Shown here: positions 29,352 through 38,773 of the stretch, piece after piece
Numbering within the stretch: position 1 is the stretch's first letter
How the letters are laid out: the number at the start of each line of letters is the position of its first letter
From: Parcubacteria group bacterium
GTDB taxonomy: Bacteria; Patescibacteriota; Patescibacteriia; Buchananbacterales; UBA6539
DNA length: 64,000 nt
Assembly: GCA_002687175.1 (NCBI GenBank)
Contig: NYZP01000030.1
Coordinates: 227-64,226 of the forward strand
Direction: 5' to 3'
Made by a program: the position numbers and the translations under genes
The notes under the pieces: generated by a model
Database searches by the model: none
Told to the model about the DNA's origin: nothing
What the model saw: only the letters and a program-made list of their open reading frames with translations

Positions 29352-29929
29352 AAGTGATTATTCAAATATCAGGACGGCATTGTCACATTTCTCGAAAAGA
29401 CCTCGATATAGTATATGGCAAAGGCTACAAGTTAAAACCAATAAAAAAATTGTCACAAACTGGTCAATTTGCTTCTCAAGAGACGGTAACTATTAAAGTG
29501 GGAAATAAAAAAATTGAAGATATTAGGATACTGGGTCCGGTTAGAAAAAATACTCAGGTAGAAATTTCTCTATCTGGTGGACATCGTTTAAATATTAAAC
29601 CGCCGATCATTAGGCATGTTCACCCTGAATCTGCCGGTGGTTGCATTCCGGCTGAGATTATTGGTCCAAATGGTAAAGTTAGAAGCTGTGCCATTATTGC
29701 CGCTCGGCGACACTTACACACTAACCCCAAAACTGCAAAAAAGTTAAAGATTAAAGATGGACAATTAATATCTCTTAAAACGTCTGGAAAAAGGAGTGTT
29801 ATATTTAACAATATTCTTGTCAGAGTCCATCCAAGTTTTAAAACTCGGGTACACTTGGATACTGACGAAGGTAATGCCGCTGGGTTAATAGGCGGAGAAA
29901 AAGGGGAACTTATGCTAAATAACTCTTAA
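29348..29929 (+). CDS. pduL: PduL-type phosphate acyltransferase (phosphotransacetylase/propanoyltransferase)
   Basis: 193 aa; two PduL repeats each with RHxH (GRHCHIS; RRHLHT). Confidence 0.75.
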   Translation: MKVIIQISGRHCHISRKDLDIVYGKGYKLKPIKKLSQTGQFASQETVTIKVGNKKIEDIRILGPVRKNTQVEISLSGGHRLNIKPPIIRHVHPESAGGCIPAEIIGPNGKVRSCAIIAARRHLHTNPKTAKKLKIKDGQLISLKTSGKRSVIFNNILVRVHPSFKTRVHLDTDEGNAAGLIGGEKGELMLNNS

Positions 29930-30063
29930 TATAAAATTATGGATTCAGGATTAATGTGGACAACTTTGATAATAATTTTCATCGGAGTCGTGGCAGGACT
30001 TATTGTTAAATCTAAACTCTAATCATTTTTAAAAAAATTAAACAAAAGTGTTAGTTTTTAATT

Positions 30064-31236
30064 ATGTCAAAACTAAAAAAGTACATTTTAGTTGTAAACT
30101 CAGGTTCGGCTACTCTTAAGTTTAAAATATTTAATCAAGAAAATTTTGAAGTAGCAGTCACCGGTATAGTAGAAAAAATTGGTTTACCAGGTTCTTTTAT
30201 AGCCATTGAAGAAAAATCATCTAAAAGAATGATGATGAAAAATTATCCTGGTGGTATCGATAGTCATCAGCAAGCTTTGGAAGTTATTTTTTCATTTTTA
30301 AAACACTGGAAAAGAAAAATTAAAGTTATTGGACATCGTATTGTTCACGGTGGTCAAAATTATACCAAGCCAACCATTTTAACTAAATCAGTATTAGCAA
30401 AACTTAAAGAATATAATCAACTCGCTCCGTTGCATAATCCGATTAATTTAAGCTGCGTTAATATTTGTTTGAAAGATTTACCGAGTATAAAAAACGTTGC
30501 CGTATTTGATACAGCTTTTTATAAAACAGTTCCCGAGCATGCATTTCTTTATGCAATTCCTTATAAGTACTACAAAGAATTAGGCATCAGAAGATATGGC
30601 TTTCACGGTATTTCTCATCAATATGTGGCTAATAAAACAGCGGAAAAACTTAACAAACCATTAAAAAAGTTGAGGCTTATAACTTGTCATCTTGGTTCAG
30701 GGTCGTCAGTTACTGCTATAAAATTTGGTAAACCAATAGATACCTCGATGGGTTTTACTCCCTTAGAGGGTGTTACTATGGGAACCAGGAGCGGTGATAT
30801 AGATCCCTCGGTTGCTTTTTATTTAATGGATAAGCTGGATCTTGACGTACGAGAAGTAGAAAAAATACTAAATCAAAAGTCAGGTTTAAAAGGAATCTTT
30901 GGCTACAGTAATGACATGCGTGACATTATGATTGCTGCTGGCTATAAAATCAAAGACTACAAAGCTACCAAAAAATTTAATCTTCAAGAACAGAAACAAG
31001 GAAAATTAGCATTGGCTATGTATATTTATGATATAGTTCGTTATATTGGTGGTTATACCACGGTTATGGGCGGCATTGATTACATTATTTTTACTGGTGG
31101 AATTGGCGAAAGAAATCAAACTGTCAGAAATCTAATTACCAAACAAGTAAGAAAAGCCTGGCCTAAAGTAAAGTCTTTAGCCATACCAACTAACGAAGAA
31201 TTAATGATTGCCCAACAAGTGAATGATTTTAGTTAG
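30064..31236 (+). CDS. ackA: acetate kinase
   Basis: 390 aa; VLVVNSGSATLKFK N-terminus, conserved ASKHG-like catalytic motifs. Confidence 0.9.
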   Translation: MSKLKKYILVVNSGSATLKFKIFNQENFEVAVTGIVEKIGLPGSFIAIEEKSSKRMMMKNYPGGIDSHQQALEVIFSFLKHWKRKIKVIGHRIVHGGQNYTKPTILTKSVLAKLKEYNQLAPLHNPINLSCVNICLKDLPSIKNVAVFDTAFYKTVPEHAFLYAIPYKYYKELGIRRYGFHGISHQYVANKTAEKLNKPLKKLRLITCHLGSGSSVTAIKFGKPIDTSMGFTPLEGVTMGTRSGDIDPSVAFYLMDKLDLDVREVEKILNQKSGLKGIFGYSNDMRDIMIAAGYKIKDYKATKKFNLQEQKQGKLALAMYIYDIVRYIGGYTTVMGGIDYIIFTGGIGERNQTVRNLITKQVRKAWPKVKSLAIPTNEELMIAQQVNDFS

Positions 31237-31254
31237 AGTATAGATATATGCCCA

Positions 31255-31371
31255 GTAGTGAAACTTTGATAAGGTCACCAAAAGCAACTTGCTTAGCAAT
31301 AGTAATATTTGTTAAAATAATTAATTAGTTACAACCTATATTTTAAACTAAATCAAAGTTCTACTACTGGG
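31255..31371 (+). repeat. 19-bp near-perfect inverted repeat (CCCAGTAGTGAAACTTTGA / TCAAAGTTCTACTACTGGG) spanning the ackA-murJ intergenic region, 3' arm abuts murJ ATG
   Basis: arms at 31255-31273 and 31353-31371, 18/19 pairs with one G-U. Confidence 0.6.
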
Positions 31372-31372
31372 T

Positions 31373-32980
31373 ATGCTAAAAAAAATATTTAATAGTAAGT
31401 CAAAAACTATCACGTCTGCTGCCATCATTTTAGGGGTGGCTTCTTTAGTCTCAAGATTTTTAGGAATTTTAAGAGATCGGATACTGGCCGGAGAATTTGG
31501 TGCTGGATCAGAGCTTGATATGTACTATACGGCTTTTAGATTTCCTGACCTAGTTTTTAACTTATTGGTCTTAGGTGCTTTATCTGCTGGCTTTATTCCA
31601 GTTTTTACGAGCTATATGTCCAACAAAGATAAAGCTTGGGAATTGGTTAATGTTGTTTTGAATGTAATGTTTTTTAGTCTTATATTAATTTCAACTTTAG
31701 CTATTATATTAGCTCCCTGGTTAGTAAAACTTATTGCTCCTGGATTTAATGGCGAGCAATTAGTAACAACGACCGCACTAACTAGAATTATGTTTTTATC
31801 TCCCATTCTTTTGGGAATTTCCGGAGTCTTTGGTAGTGTGTTACAGTCATACAAAAGATTTTTTATATATTCTTTGGCACCAATTTTATATAATCTTGGT
31901 ATTATCGTTGGTGCTTTGTTTTTTACAATTAAATTTGGGATTTTTGGTTTAGCCTGGGGGGTTGTTTTTGGTGCTTTTATGCACATGTTAGTCCAAACTA
32001 TCGCCATAACCTTTTTAGGGTATCATTACAAATGGTCTTTTAGCATAACTCATAAAGGCTTATTGAAAATACTAAAAATGATGGTGCCAAGAACTTTAGG
32101 ATTAATTATTACCCAGATAAATTTTTTAGTAGTAACTATTATTGGTTCAACCTTGGCCGTTGGCAGTATTGCTATTTTTAATCTAGCCAACAATATTCAA
32201 AGTTTTCCGTTGGGACTTTTTGCTATTTCTTTTGCTATTGCCGCTTTTCCAACTTTGTCTGAGTTAGCCAATAAAAAAAAGCAGTTTATTGAGGCAGTGT
32301 CATTAGCCATTAGACAGATTTTATTTTTAATAGTTCCAGCCTCGGTTTTATTGATTATTTTGCGAGCGCAAATTGTTAGAATTGTCCTTGGCAGTGGACG
32401 GTTTGACTGGGAAGATACCATTTTGACTTTAGAAACTTTATCACTATTTGCTTTCAGTTTATTTGCCCAAGGTCTGATATTAATTTTAGCTCGTGCTTTT
32501 TATGCTCAGCATGACAGTAAAACACCTTTTTATACCGGTCTAGTTTCTGCCTTTGCCAACATTATTTTAGCAGTGATGCTAGTAGACCAGTTTGGTGTAA
32601 GTGGCTTGGCCTTAGCATTTTCTTTATCAACAATTCTAAATTTTGTACTATTATCATTAATATTACATTATCGTTTAGGGAGTCTGGATGGTCAAAGAAT
32701 TACTATTTCCACAATAAAGATCACTACTGCTACATTTATGTTAGCCATTGTTGCTCAAGCTGCTAAATACCCCCTAGAACAAATTAGTGGTACCCAAACT
32801 TTTATGGGAGTTACCGCCCAAGCATTAACCGCAATTATTGCTGGGTTAGCAACTTATTTTGTTGTTTGCTATTTTTTAAAGAGCGAAGAGCTTAATATTT
32901 TTATTTCGGCTCTTAAACGTAAAATATCCAGAAGGCCAGTTATTGCCGAGGAGATTGAGGAGACAGAAAAATTAACTTAA
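31373..32980 (+). CDS. murJ: lipid II flippase MurJ
   Basis: 535 aa; MurJ/MviN N-terminal signature RDRILAGEFGAG and 14 TM. Confidence 0.85.
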   Translation: MLKKIFNSKSKTITSAAIILGVASLVSRFLGILRDRILAGEFGAGSELDMYYTAFRFPDLVFNLLVLGALSAGFIPVFTSYMSNKDKAWELVNVVLNVMFFSLILISTLAIILAPWLVKLIAPGFNGEQLVTTTALTRIMFLSPILLGISGVFGSVLQSYKRFFIYSLAPILYNLGIIVGALFFTIKFGIFGLAWGVVFGAFMHMLVQTIAITFLGYHYKWSFSITHKGLLKILKMMVPRTLGLIITQINFLVVTIIGSTLAVGSIAIFNLANNIQSFPLGLFAISFAIAAFPTLSELANKKKQFIEAVSLAIRQILFLIVPASVLLIILRAQIVRIVLGSGRFDWEDTILTLETLSLFAFSLFAQGLILILARAFYAQHDSKTPFYTGLVSAFANIILAVMLVDQFGVSGLALAFSLSTILNFVLLSLILHYRLGSLDGQRITISTIKITTATFMLAIVAQAAKYPLEQISGTQTFMGVTAQALTAIIAGLATYFVVCYFLKSEELNIFISALKRKISRRPVIAEEIEETEKLT

Positions 32981-33046
32981 TATTATATAGTATCAATAAT
33001 TAGTCACCTTGCGGCTTTTATTTTTTTCGTATAAACTACAAGAATT

Positions 33047-34822
33047 ATGAAAAAAATTAAGAACTTTTGTATTATTGCCCATATTGATCACGGAAAGTCA
33101 ACCTTGGCTGATCGCTTTTTGGAATTAACCAATACTATAGAAAAAAGAGACATGAAGGCACAGCTCCTTGATCAAATGGACATTGAACGTGAGCGGGGGA
33201 TTACCATTAAATTACAACCAGTTAGGATGAGTTGGCGTGATTATGAATTTAATTTAATTGACACTCCCGGCCATGTTGATTTTAGCTACGAGGTATCACG
33301 TAGTTTAGCGGCAGTTGAAGGAGCTGTTTTACTTGTTGATGCCACTCAAGGAGTTCAAGCTCAAACAGTTGCTAATTTATATTTAGCTTTAGAACAAGAC
33401 TTAACAATCATACCAGTAATAAATAAAATAGACTTACCAAATGCTCAAGTTAATAAAGTACGCCATGAAATTTGTAAATTAACCGATAGCAACCCTGATG
33501 ATGTTTTATTAATTTCCGCTAAAACAGGTGAAGGAGTGGAGCAAGTTTTACAAGCAGTTGCTGACAGGATAAGTTCACCAAAAGATGATAATGAAAAAAA
33601 TCTAAAGGCTTTAATTTTTGATTCAAACTTTGATGAATATCGAGGTGTTATAGCACAAGTTCGTATTACCCAAGGACAAGTTAAGGCCGGGGATAAAGTA
33701 ACCTTTTTTTCAACACATAAAACCGCCGATGTACTAGAAGTTGGTTTTTTTAACCCTAAGTTTAAAAAAACTGACGTTTTAAGATCCAGTGATATTGGTT
33801 ATATTGTTACCGGGCTAAAAGAAATTGAGCTCTGTCAGGTTGGTGATACTATTGCTCCGGCTGGTATTAATATTGAACCATTGGCCGGCTATAAAGAAGT
33901 TAAGCCAATGGTCTTTGCTGGACTTTTTTGTAAAGAAGGCAATGAATATCCCAAACTTCGTGAAGCTATTGAAAAACTAAAATTAAATGATGCCGCTCTA
34001 ATTTATGAGCCAGAAAACTCTAAAGCTTTGGGGTTTGGTTTTCGTTGTGGTTTTTTAGGGTTATTACATCTTGAAGTAATCCAAGAGAGACTAAGAAGAG
34101 AGTATAATCTAGATTTAGTAGTAACTGTACCAAGCGTTGCCTATAAACTTAAACAAAAAAATGGTAAAGAGTCGGTTGTCCATAGCCCTCAAGAGTTACC
34201 CAGTCCAGAGTCAATTGATTCTGTTGCCGAACCATTGATGAAGGCTGATATTTTTTCGCCCAAAGAATACCTGGGACAAATAATGCAACTTCTAGCCCAA
34301 AAAAGAGGAACCTATCTTGATACCGAGTACCTCGATGAAAATTTGGCAGTTCTTCACTATCATATTCCATTGACTACTCTCTTGGTTGATTTTTATGATA
34401 AATTAAAAAGTGTTTCCTCGGGTTATGCTTCCTTGAGTTATGATTTTTTGGAATACCAGCCAACCCAAGTCATAAAACTTGATATTTTAGTTGCCGAAGA
34501 AAAAGTAGAATCTTTAAGTTCAATTGTTTATAAAGATGAAGCTTATTCAGTTGGCAAAAAAATAGTTAACTCTTTGAAGGAAACATTACCTCGTCAAAAT
34601 TTTGTCATTAAAATACAAGCAGCAGTCGGTGGTAAAATTATAGCTGCTGAACGGTTATCGGCTTTTCGTAAAGATGTTACCGCTAAACTCTATGGCGGAG
34701 ATTATACCAGAAAAAGAAAATTACTGGAGAAGCAAAAAAAAGGTAAGAAAAAAATGATGGCTCAAGGTCAGGGTCGTGTTGACATACCACCAGAAGCATT
34801 TTTAGCGGTTTTAAAAAAATAA
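33047..34822 (+). CDS. lepA: elongation factor 4 (LepA)
   Basis: 591 aa; GTPase motifs and LepA-specific C-terminal domain. Confidence 0.9.
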   Translation: MKKIKNFCIIAHIDHGKSTLADRFLELTNTIEKRDMKAQLLDQMDIERERGITIKLQPVRMSWRDYEFNLIDTPGHVDFSYEVSRSLAAVEGAVLLVDATQGVQAQTVANLYLALEQDLTIIPVINKIDLPNAQVNKVRHEICKLTDSNPDDVLLISAKTGEGVEQVLQAVADRISSPKDDNEKNLKALIFDSNFDEYRGVIAQVRITQGQVKAGDKVTFFSTHKTADVLEVGFFNPKFKKTDVLRSSDIGYIVTGLKEIELCQVGDTIAPAGINIEPLAGYKEVKPMVFAGLFCKEGNEYPKLREAIEKLKLNDAALIYEPENSKALGFGFRCGFLGLLHLEVIQERLRREYNLDLVVTVPSVAYKLKQKNGKESVVHSPQELPSPESIDSVAEPLMKADIFSPKEYLGQIMQLLAQKRGTYLDTEYLDENLAVLHYHIPLTTLLVDFYDKLKSVSSGYASLSYDFLEYQPTQVIKLDILVAEEKVESLSSIVYKDEAYSVGKKIVNSLKETLPRQNFVIKIQAAVGGKIIAAERLSAFRKDVTAKLYGGDYTRKRKLLEKQKKGKKKMMAQGQGRVDIPPEAFLAVLKK

Positions 34823-34859
34823 AAAGCTGACCAATTTTTTGATCAGCATGCCCAGCTTG

Positions 34860-35369
34860 TTAAGCTGGAGAACCTTCTGTTGATAGCCCCTGGCCATTTT
34901 TTTTGCGCAAACGTGCGAATCTTTCGGCCCAATGAGTTAGTCGACTCACTTTGCTTTTTGGTTCAGTTTTAGCTAAAGCTTTTTCGTCTTTCGGGGTAAT
35001 ACGCAATACCTCAATCAAGTAACTCACAAAAGCCTTGGTGACAGCCGCCCTGGACTTGAAATCGTGATATCCCGTTACAAAATTCAAGGAAGCTTCTTTG
35101 AATTCTTGAAAAGCCGCTTCTTGCTCTTGACTCTCTTCTAGAGCTTTGGCTAGAGCAGCATTCTTTTCGGCAACCTCTTTTTCCAACTGCTGGTTGGCGC
35201 TCGCCAGGTCCTGCCTGTATTTTTCTTCAGTTGCTAAAGCTTTTTCAAGCTTCGCTATTTCTTCCCTGGTTTTTTGGTCAGGGCCAAACCAAGTATTAGC
35301 CCAATAGTGAACCTTTTCTCCAAAACTTGACCAAAGTCCGGAGAAGAAAAAACTGATGTTATTCAGCAT
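34860..35369 (-). CDS. hypothetical coiled-coil protein, GC-elevated
   Basis: 170 aa from ATG 35369 (RBS AGAGAGGTG); ORF track extends to 35423. Confidence 0.5.
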   Translation of the reverse strand: MLNNISFFFSGLWSSFGEKVHYWANTWFGPDQKTREEIAKLEKALATEEKYRQDLASANQQLEKEVAEKNAALAKALEESQEQEAAFQEFKEASLNFVTGYHDFKSRAAVTKAFVSYLIEVLRITPKDEKALAKTEPKSKVSRLTHWAERFARLRKKNGQGLSTEGSPA

Positions 35370-35400
35370 AGTTACACCTCTCTGATTTGATGAAATAAAT

Positions 35401-35526
35401 TTAGTAAAAACCACCACCACCAACTAAATGGGCACCAGCTGTGAAAAGAACCATGGTTATAGAGATCATTATTGCTACAATGATCCAAATCACCCTGACT
35501 ATTTTTCGTTGTCTTTTAAGGCTCAT
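35401..35526 (-). CDS. small single-TM protein (41 aa), co-directional upstream of coiled-coil gene
   Basis: MSLKRQRKIVRVIWIIVAIMISITMVLFTAGAHLVGGGGFY; below ORF-track cutoff, found by reading. Confidence 0.3.
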   Translation of the reverse strand: MSLKRQRKIVRVIWIIVAIMISITMVLFTAGAHLVGGGGFY

Positions 35527-35613
35527 AGTAAAAAATATTATACCATCATTGAAAAATATAGACAACCAGTGTCTAAAATGTTATACTAATATCCTTTGTT
35601 AAATACAAAAAAT

Positions 35614-37329
35614 ATGGATAAAAAGTGGCACTTAGCCGAAAAGGTTGATAAAGACTTCCTAGAAAAATTTCCGGAAATTAACAATACTGTTTTACAATTA
35701 CTGCACAATAGAGGAATATCCTCGGAAGCAGATATTGATAAATTTTTGAATTCCGATTACCTAACGGATCTTCATGATCCTTTTTTATTTAGAGATGGTA
35801 AAAAAGCGGTTGAACGAATTTTGAAAGCCATAGAGGGTAAAGAAAATATTGTGGTCTATGGAGACTATGACGCCGACGGGGTAACTTCAACAGCAGTCAT
35901 GGTAGAAACTTTGGAGGCCTTAGGTTCTAAAGCAAAAGTTTACATACCTTTTCGTGAGACAGAGGGTTATGGTTTAAATATGGAAGCAGTTAAAGGTTTA
36001 GTAAAAGAAAAGGCGAACCTAGTTATTACTGTTGACTGTGGCATTTCTAATGTCGAGGAAGCAGAATTTTTACAAAAAGAAGGTGTTGATATTATTATTA
36101 CAGACCATCACCAAGAACCAATTGAATTACCAAAAGCTTTTGCTATTTTAAACCCTAATGTCAAAGCTGAGACTTATCCCTTTCGCAGCTTGGCCGGTTG
36201 TGGTGTTGCCTTTAAGCTGTGTCAAGGGCTCATTAAAGAGCATCAAAATTATAAAGTAAAGCAAGTTGATGAAGGCTTTGAAAAATGGTTGCTTGATATA
36301 GTGGCCATTGGCACTATCGCTGATATGCAACCAATACTAAATGAAAATAGAGTACTGGTAAAATATGGCCTAGTAGTTTTACAAAAGACTAAAAGATTAG
36401 GGATTCTAAAATTAATTGAGTTTATGAGTAGCAAGCTAACCTCAATCGATGAAAGAGTCGTTGGTTGGCAAATTACTCCTCGCTTAAACGCTGCTGGTCG
36501 ACTTAATCATGCCAGCGCGGCTTATCAATTATTGATAACCGAAGACGTAGCTGAAGCCGAAAAATTAGCCAATGAGCTTAATGACACCAACAAACAACGG
36601 CAGCAAATAACCGAAAAAATTGGCCTAGAGGTAAATGAGCAAATTGGCGAAGTTAAAGGTCAAAAAATACTAATTGCCGTTGGTGATGGCTGGCCGATTG
36701 GTGTTGTTGGCTTAGCGGCTGGACGATTAAGCAATAAACATCATTTACCCAGCTTAGTTATCAGTCGATATAATGGTGAAATAATTGGTTCAGGGCGCAG
36801 TATTTCGGAATTTAATATTATTAAAGCCCTACAGCAGTGTGATGAGTTACTAACTCGTTATGGTGGACACCCCCAGGCTTGTGGCTTTACTATTAAAGAT
36901 GAGGAATCTTTAATAAAATTTAGAACTAAGCTAGAAGAAATTGCTCTAGCTGAGCTAGGAGATCAAAAATTGGTTCCCACGGTTGATATTGATTCGGAAA
37001 TTAAATTAGAAGAAGTTAACTGGGATTTATTTAAACAACTAGAAAAATTTATGCCTTATGGCCAAGGTAATAATAAGCCAATATTTTTAAGCAAGGATCT
37101 GACGGTTAGTCAATGTCAAACTGTTGGGCCAGAAGGTAAACATTTAAGACTAATAGTTAAACACCAGACTGAAATTATTCGAAAAACTATTGGCTTTGGT
37201 TTTGGGCACCAGTTTGGTGAATTAAAAGAAGGCGACAAAGTTGATATGGTTTTTGAAATTGATATAAATGAATGGAATGGTAATAGGGAATTGCAGTTAA
37301 GAATTATAGACTTGAAGTCAAGTGATTAA
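35614..37329 (+). CDS. recJ: single-stranded-DNA-specific exonuclease RecJ
   Basis: DHH (GDYDADGVTS, TDHH) and DHHA1 motifs; ATG 35614 preferred over TTG 35596. Confidence 0.85.
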   Translation: MDKKWHLAEKVDKDFLEKFPEINNTVLQLLHNRGISSEADIDKFLNSDYLTDLHDPFLFRDGKKAVERILKAIEGKENIVVYGDYDADGVTSTAVMVETLEALGSKAKVYIPFRETEGYGLNMEAVKGLVKEKANLVITVDCGISNVEEAEFLQKEGVDIIITDHHQEPIELPKAFAILNPNVKAETYPFRSLAGCGVAFKLCQGLIKEHQNYKVKQVDEGFEKWLLDIVAIGTIADMQPILNENRVLVKYGLVVLQKTKRLGILKLIEFMSSKLTSIDERVVGWQITPRLNAAGRLNHASAAYQLLITEDVAEAEKLANELNDTNKQRQQITEKIGLEVNEQIGEVKGQKILIAVGDGWPIGVVGLAAGRLSNKHHLPSLVISRYNGEIIGSGRSISEFNIIKALQQCDELLTRYGGHPQACGFTIKDEESLIKFRTKLEEIALAELGDQKLVPTVDIDSEIKLEEVNWDLFKQLEKFMPYGQGNNKPIFLSKDLTVSQCQTVGPEGKHLRLIVKHQTEIIRKTIGFGFGHQFGELKEGDKVDMVFEIDINEWNGNRELQLRIIDLKSSD

Positions 37330-37332
37330 TTT

Positions 37333-37737
37333 ATGATTGGTAAAGTAACAATTCACACCGATGGAGGAGCCAGGGGTAATCCCGGACCAGCTGGGATTGG
37401 TGCAGTTTTAGATTTTGATGGTCAACAAAAAACTTTTAAGGAATATATTGGTGAGACTACCAATAACCAGGCTGAATATAAAGCGGTTATTTTAGGTTTA
37501 GAAAAAGCTAAGGAGCTTGGAGCGGAAGAGGTTGATGTTTTCTTGGACAGTGAATTGGTCCAACAACAGCTAAATCAAAAGTATAAAGTTAAAAATATTG
37601 ATTTACAGCCTTTATTTATTCAGGCTTGGAATTTGGGAATGAATTTTAAAAAAGTAAAGTATATTCATGTTGGCCGAAATGATAATAAACTGGCAGATAA
37701 ATTAGTCAACGAAGCTCTGGACGAAGCTGGTAAATAA
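37333..37737 (+). CDS. rnhA: ribonuclease HI
   Basis: 134 aa; DGG..GNPG, TNN.AEY, D..L catalytic motifs. Confidence 0.85.
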   Translation: MIGKVTIHTDGGARGNPGPAGIGAVLDFDGQQKTFKEYIGETTNNQAEYKAVILGLEKAKELGAEEVDVFLDSELVQQQLNQKYKVKNIDLQPLFIQAWNLGMNFKKVKYIHVGRNDNKLADKLVNEALDEAGK

Positions 37738-37902
37738 AAAAACCGCCAGTTGACGAGTTATCAAACTAGAAGCAAAGTCTCTTTCGAGCAAAATGGTTAT
37801 TACACCTATTCTTAGCTTCATGATCGTTCAGTAACTCACTGGCGGACCTAGAGGCTGGTGGGGCTGGTTTGCCCCAGGCATTTGGCAAAAATAATTTTAT
37901 CA

Positions 37903-37926
37903 AATAAAAAATACCTCGTCAAGAGG
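37903..37926 (-). terminator. intrinsic terminator of rnpB (minus strand)
   Basis: minus-strand CCUCUUGACGAGG hairpin followed by UAUUUUUUAUUU. Confidence 0.6.
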
Positions 37927-37931
37927 AATTT

Positions 37932-38686
37932 TTTATTGTCCAAGCAAACTGATAAGCCGAATTTTGTATTCCCTCACTTTTTCTAAAAGTGATGGATGAT
38001 GATCATCTATCTTGACTGTTTGTTGCCAAACAGCTCATGCTGCTTACCAAATTTAGCATTGCACCAGGTAGAGTTTACCACGACATCCTGTCACCAGGAG
38101 CCGAGTTAAGAAGCGTTACGCTGAAGGGATATCCCGTATTCAGCACAGCACACCTTAACACTTTTCACATTTGGCCAGCGCTACGCGCTGAAAATTATAA
38201 GTCCAAAATCACAAATCACAAATAATTTATTTGGAATTTAATGTTTTGAATTTTGAATTTGCAGTGCGCAGCACTGACTTGTATAGTCTCTGTGGAACTG
38301 GTCCTCTTTTACCGTTACCAGCAAAAGGGTGGGCGTTACCCACTACCGCTTTATGGTGTTCGGACTTTCCTCCCCCCACTTTCTAAATTCTATTATTTGT
38401 CTATACTTTTTTGAATACGCTTTTTTAAATGACCATAACTTCCTTTAAACTGTTTTAATGATCTTTCTCTTTTTTGTGCATCCTCTTTAAATTTATAGGC
38501 CTCGTAATAAACTAATTCTAAAGGCCTAAAATTTTTAGTAAATTTTGATTCACCATTTGTATGCTCTTTTACTCTTCGCTGTAAATTATTTGAATATCCA
38601 ATGTATAATTTACCATCTTTGAGTTTTAAAACATACATATAGAACATAGAAAGTGGGGGGCGATCATCTAGCTTACTTAGACAATT
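37932..38686 (-). ncRNA. rnpB: RNase P RNA, bacterial type A, with a ~275-nt insertion in P3 that contains the GIY-YIG ORF
   Basis: minus strand: P4 5' GGAGGAAAGUCCGAACACC (38355-38373), GGUAACGCC / ACAGAGA / GGUAAACUCUACCUGGUGCAAUGCUAAAUUUGG blocks colinear with the E. coli M1 RNA sequence as recalled from memory (no alignment was run), P4 3' ACAAAAUUCGGCUUA (37953-37967), P1 UUGUCUAAGUAAGC (38671-38684) pairs with GUUUGCUUGGACAA (37936-37949), P2 GAUGAUC/GAUCAUC, P3 arms CCCCCCACUUUCU (38648-38660) and AGAAAGUGGGGGG (38372-38384). Confidence 0.85.
38393..38647 (-). CDS. GIY-YIG nuclease superfamily protein (YhbQ/UPF0213-like), encoded inside rnpB P3 loop
   Basis: 84 aa; MFYMYVLKLKDGKLYIGYSNNLQRRVKEH GIY-YIG motifs; ATG directly follows the P3 5' strand. 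Confidence 0.75.
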   Translation of the reverse strand: MFYMYVLKLKDGKLYIGYSNNLQRRVKEHTNGESKFTKNFRPLELVYYEAYKFKEDAQKRERSLKQFKGSYGHLKKRIQKSIDK

Positions 38687-38689
38687 GCT

Positions 38690-38718
38690 ATGTTATCATA
38701 AAAATAATACTTTGTCAA
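38690..38718 (-). promoter_or_regulatory. rnpB promoter TTGACA-17-TAACAT (minus strand)
   Basis: plus-strand TGTCAA 38713-38718 and ATGTTA 38690-38695; predicted TSS a few nt before P1. Confidence 0.5.
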
Positions 38719-38773
38719 GAGTTAAGTTGATTTTTAAAGGGTTTTCTGCTACTATAAGGCTAATCAAAACCCT

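Noticed and set aside
38037-38225. 62-aa ORF on plus strand
   Set aside because: Lies within the rnpB gene (antisense to RNase P RNA). Conserved RNase P blocks explain the sequence.
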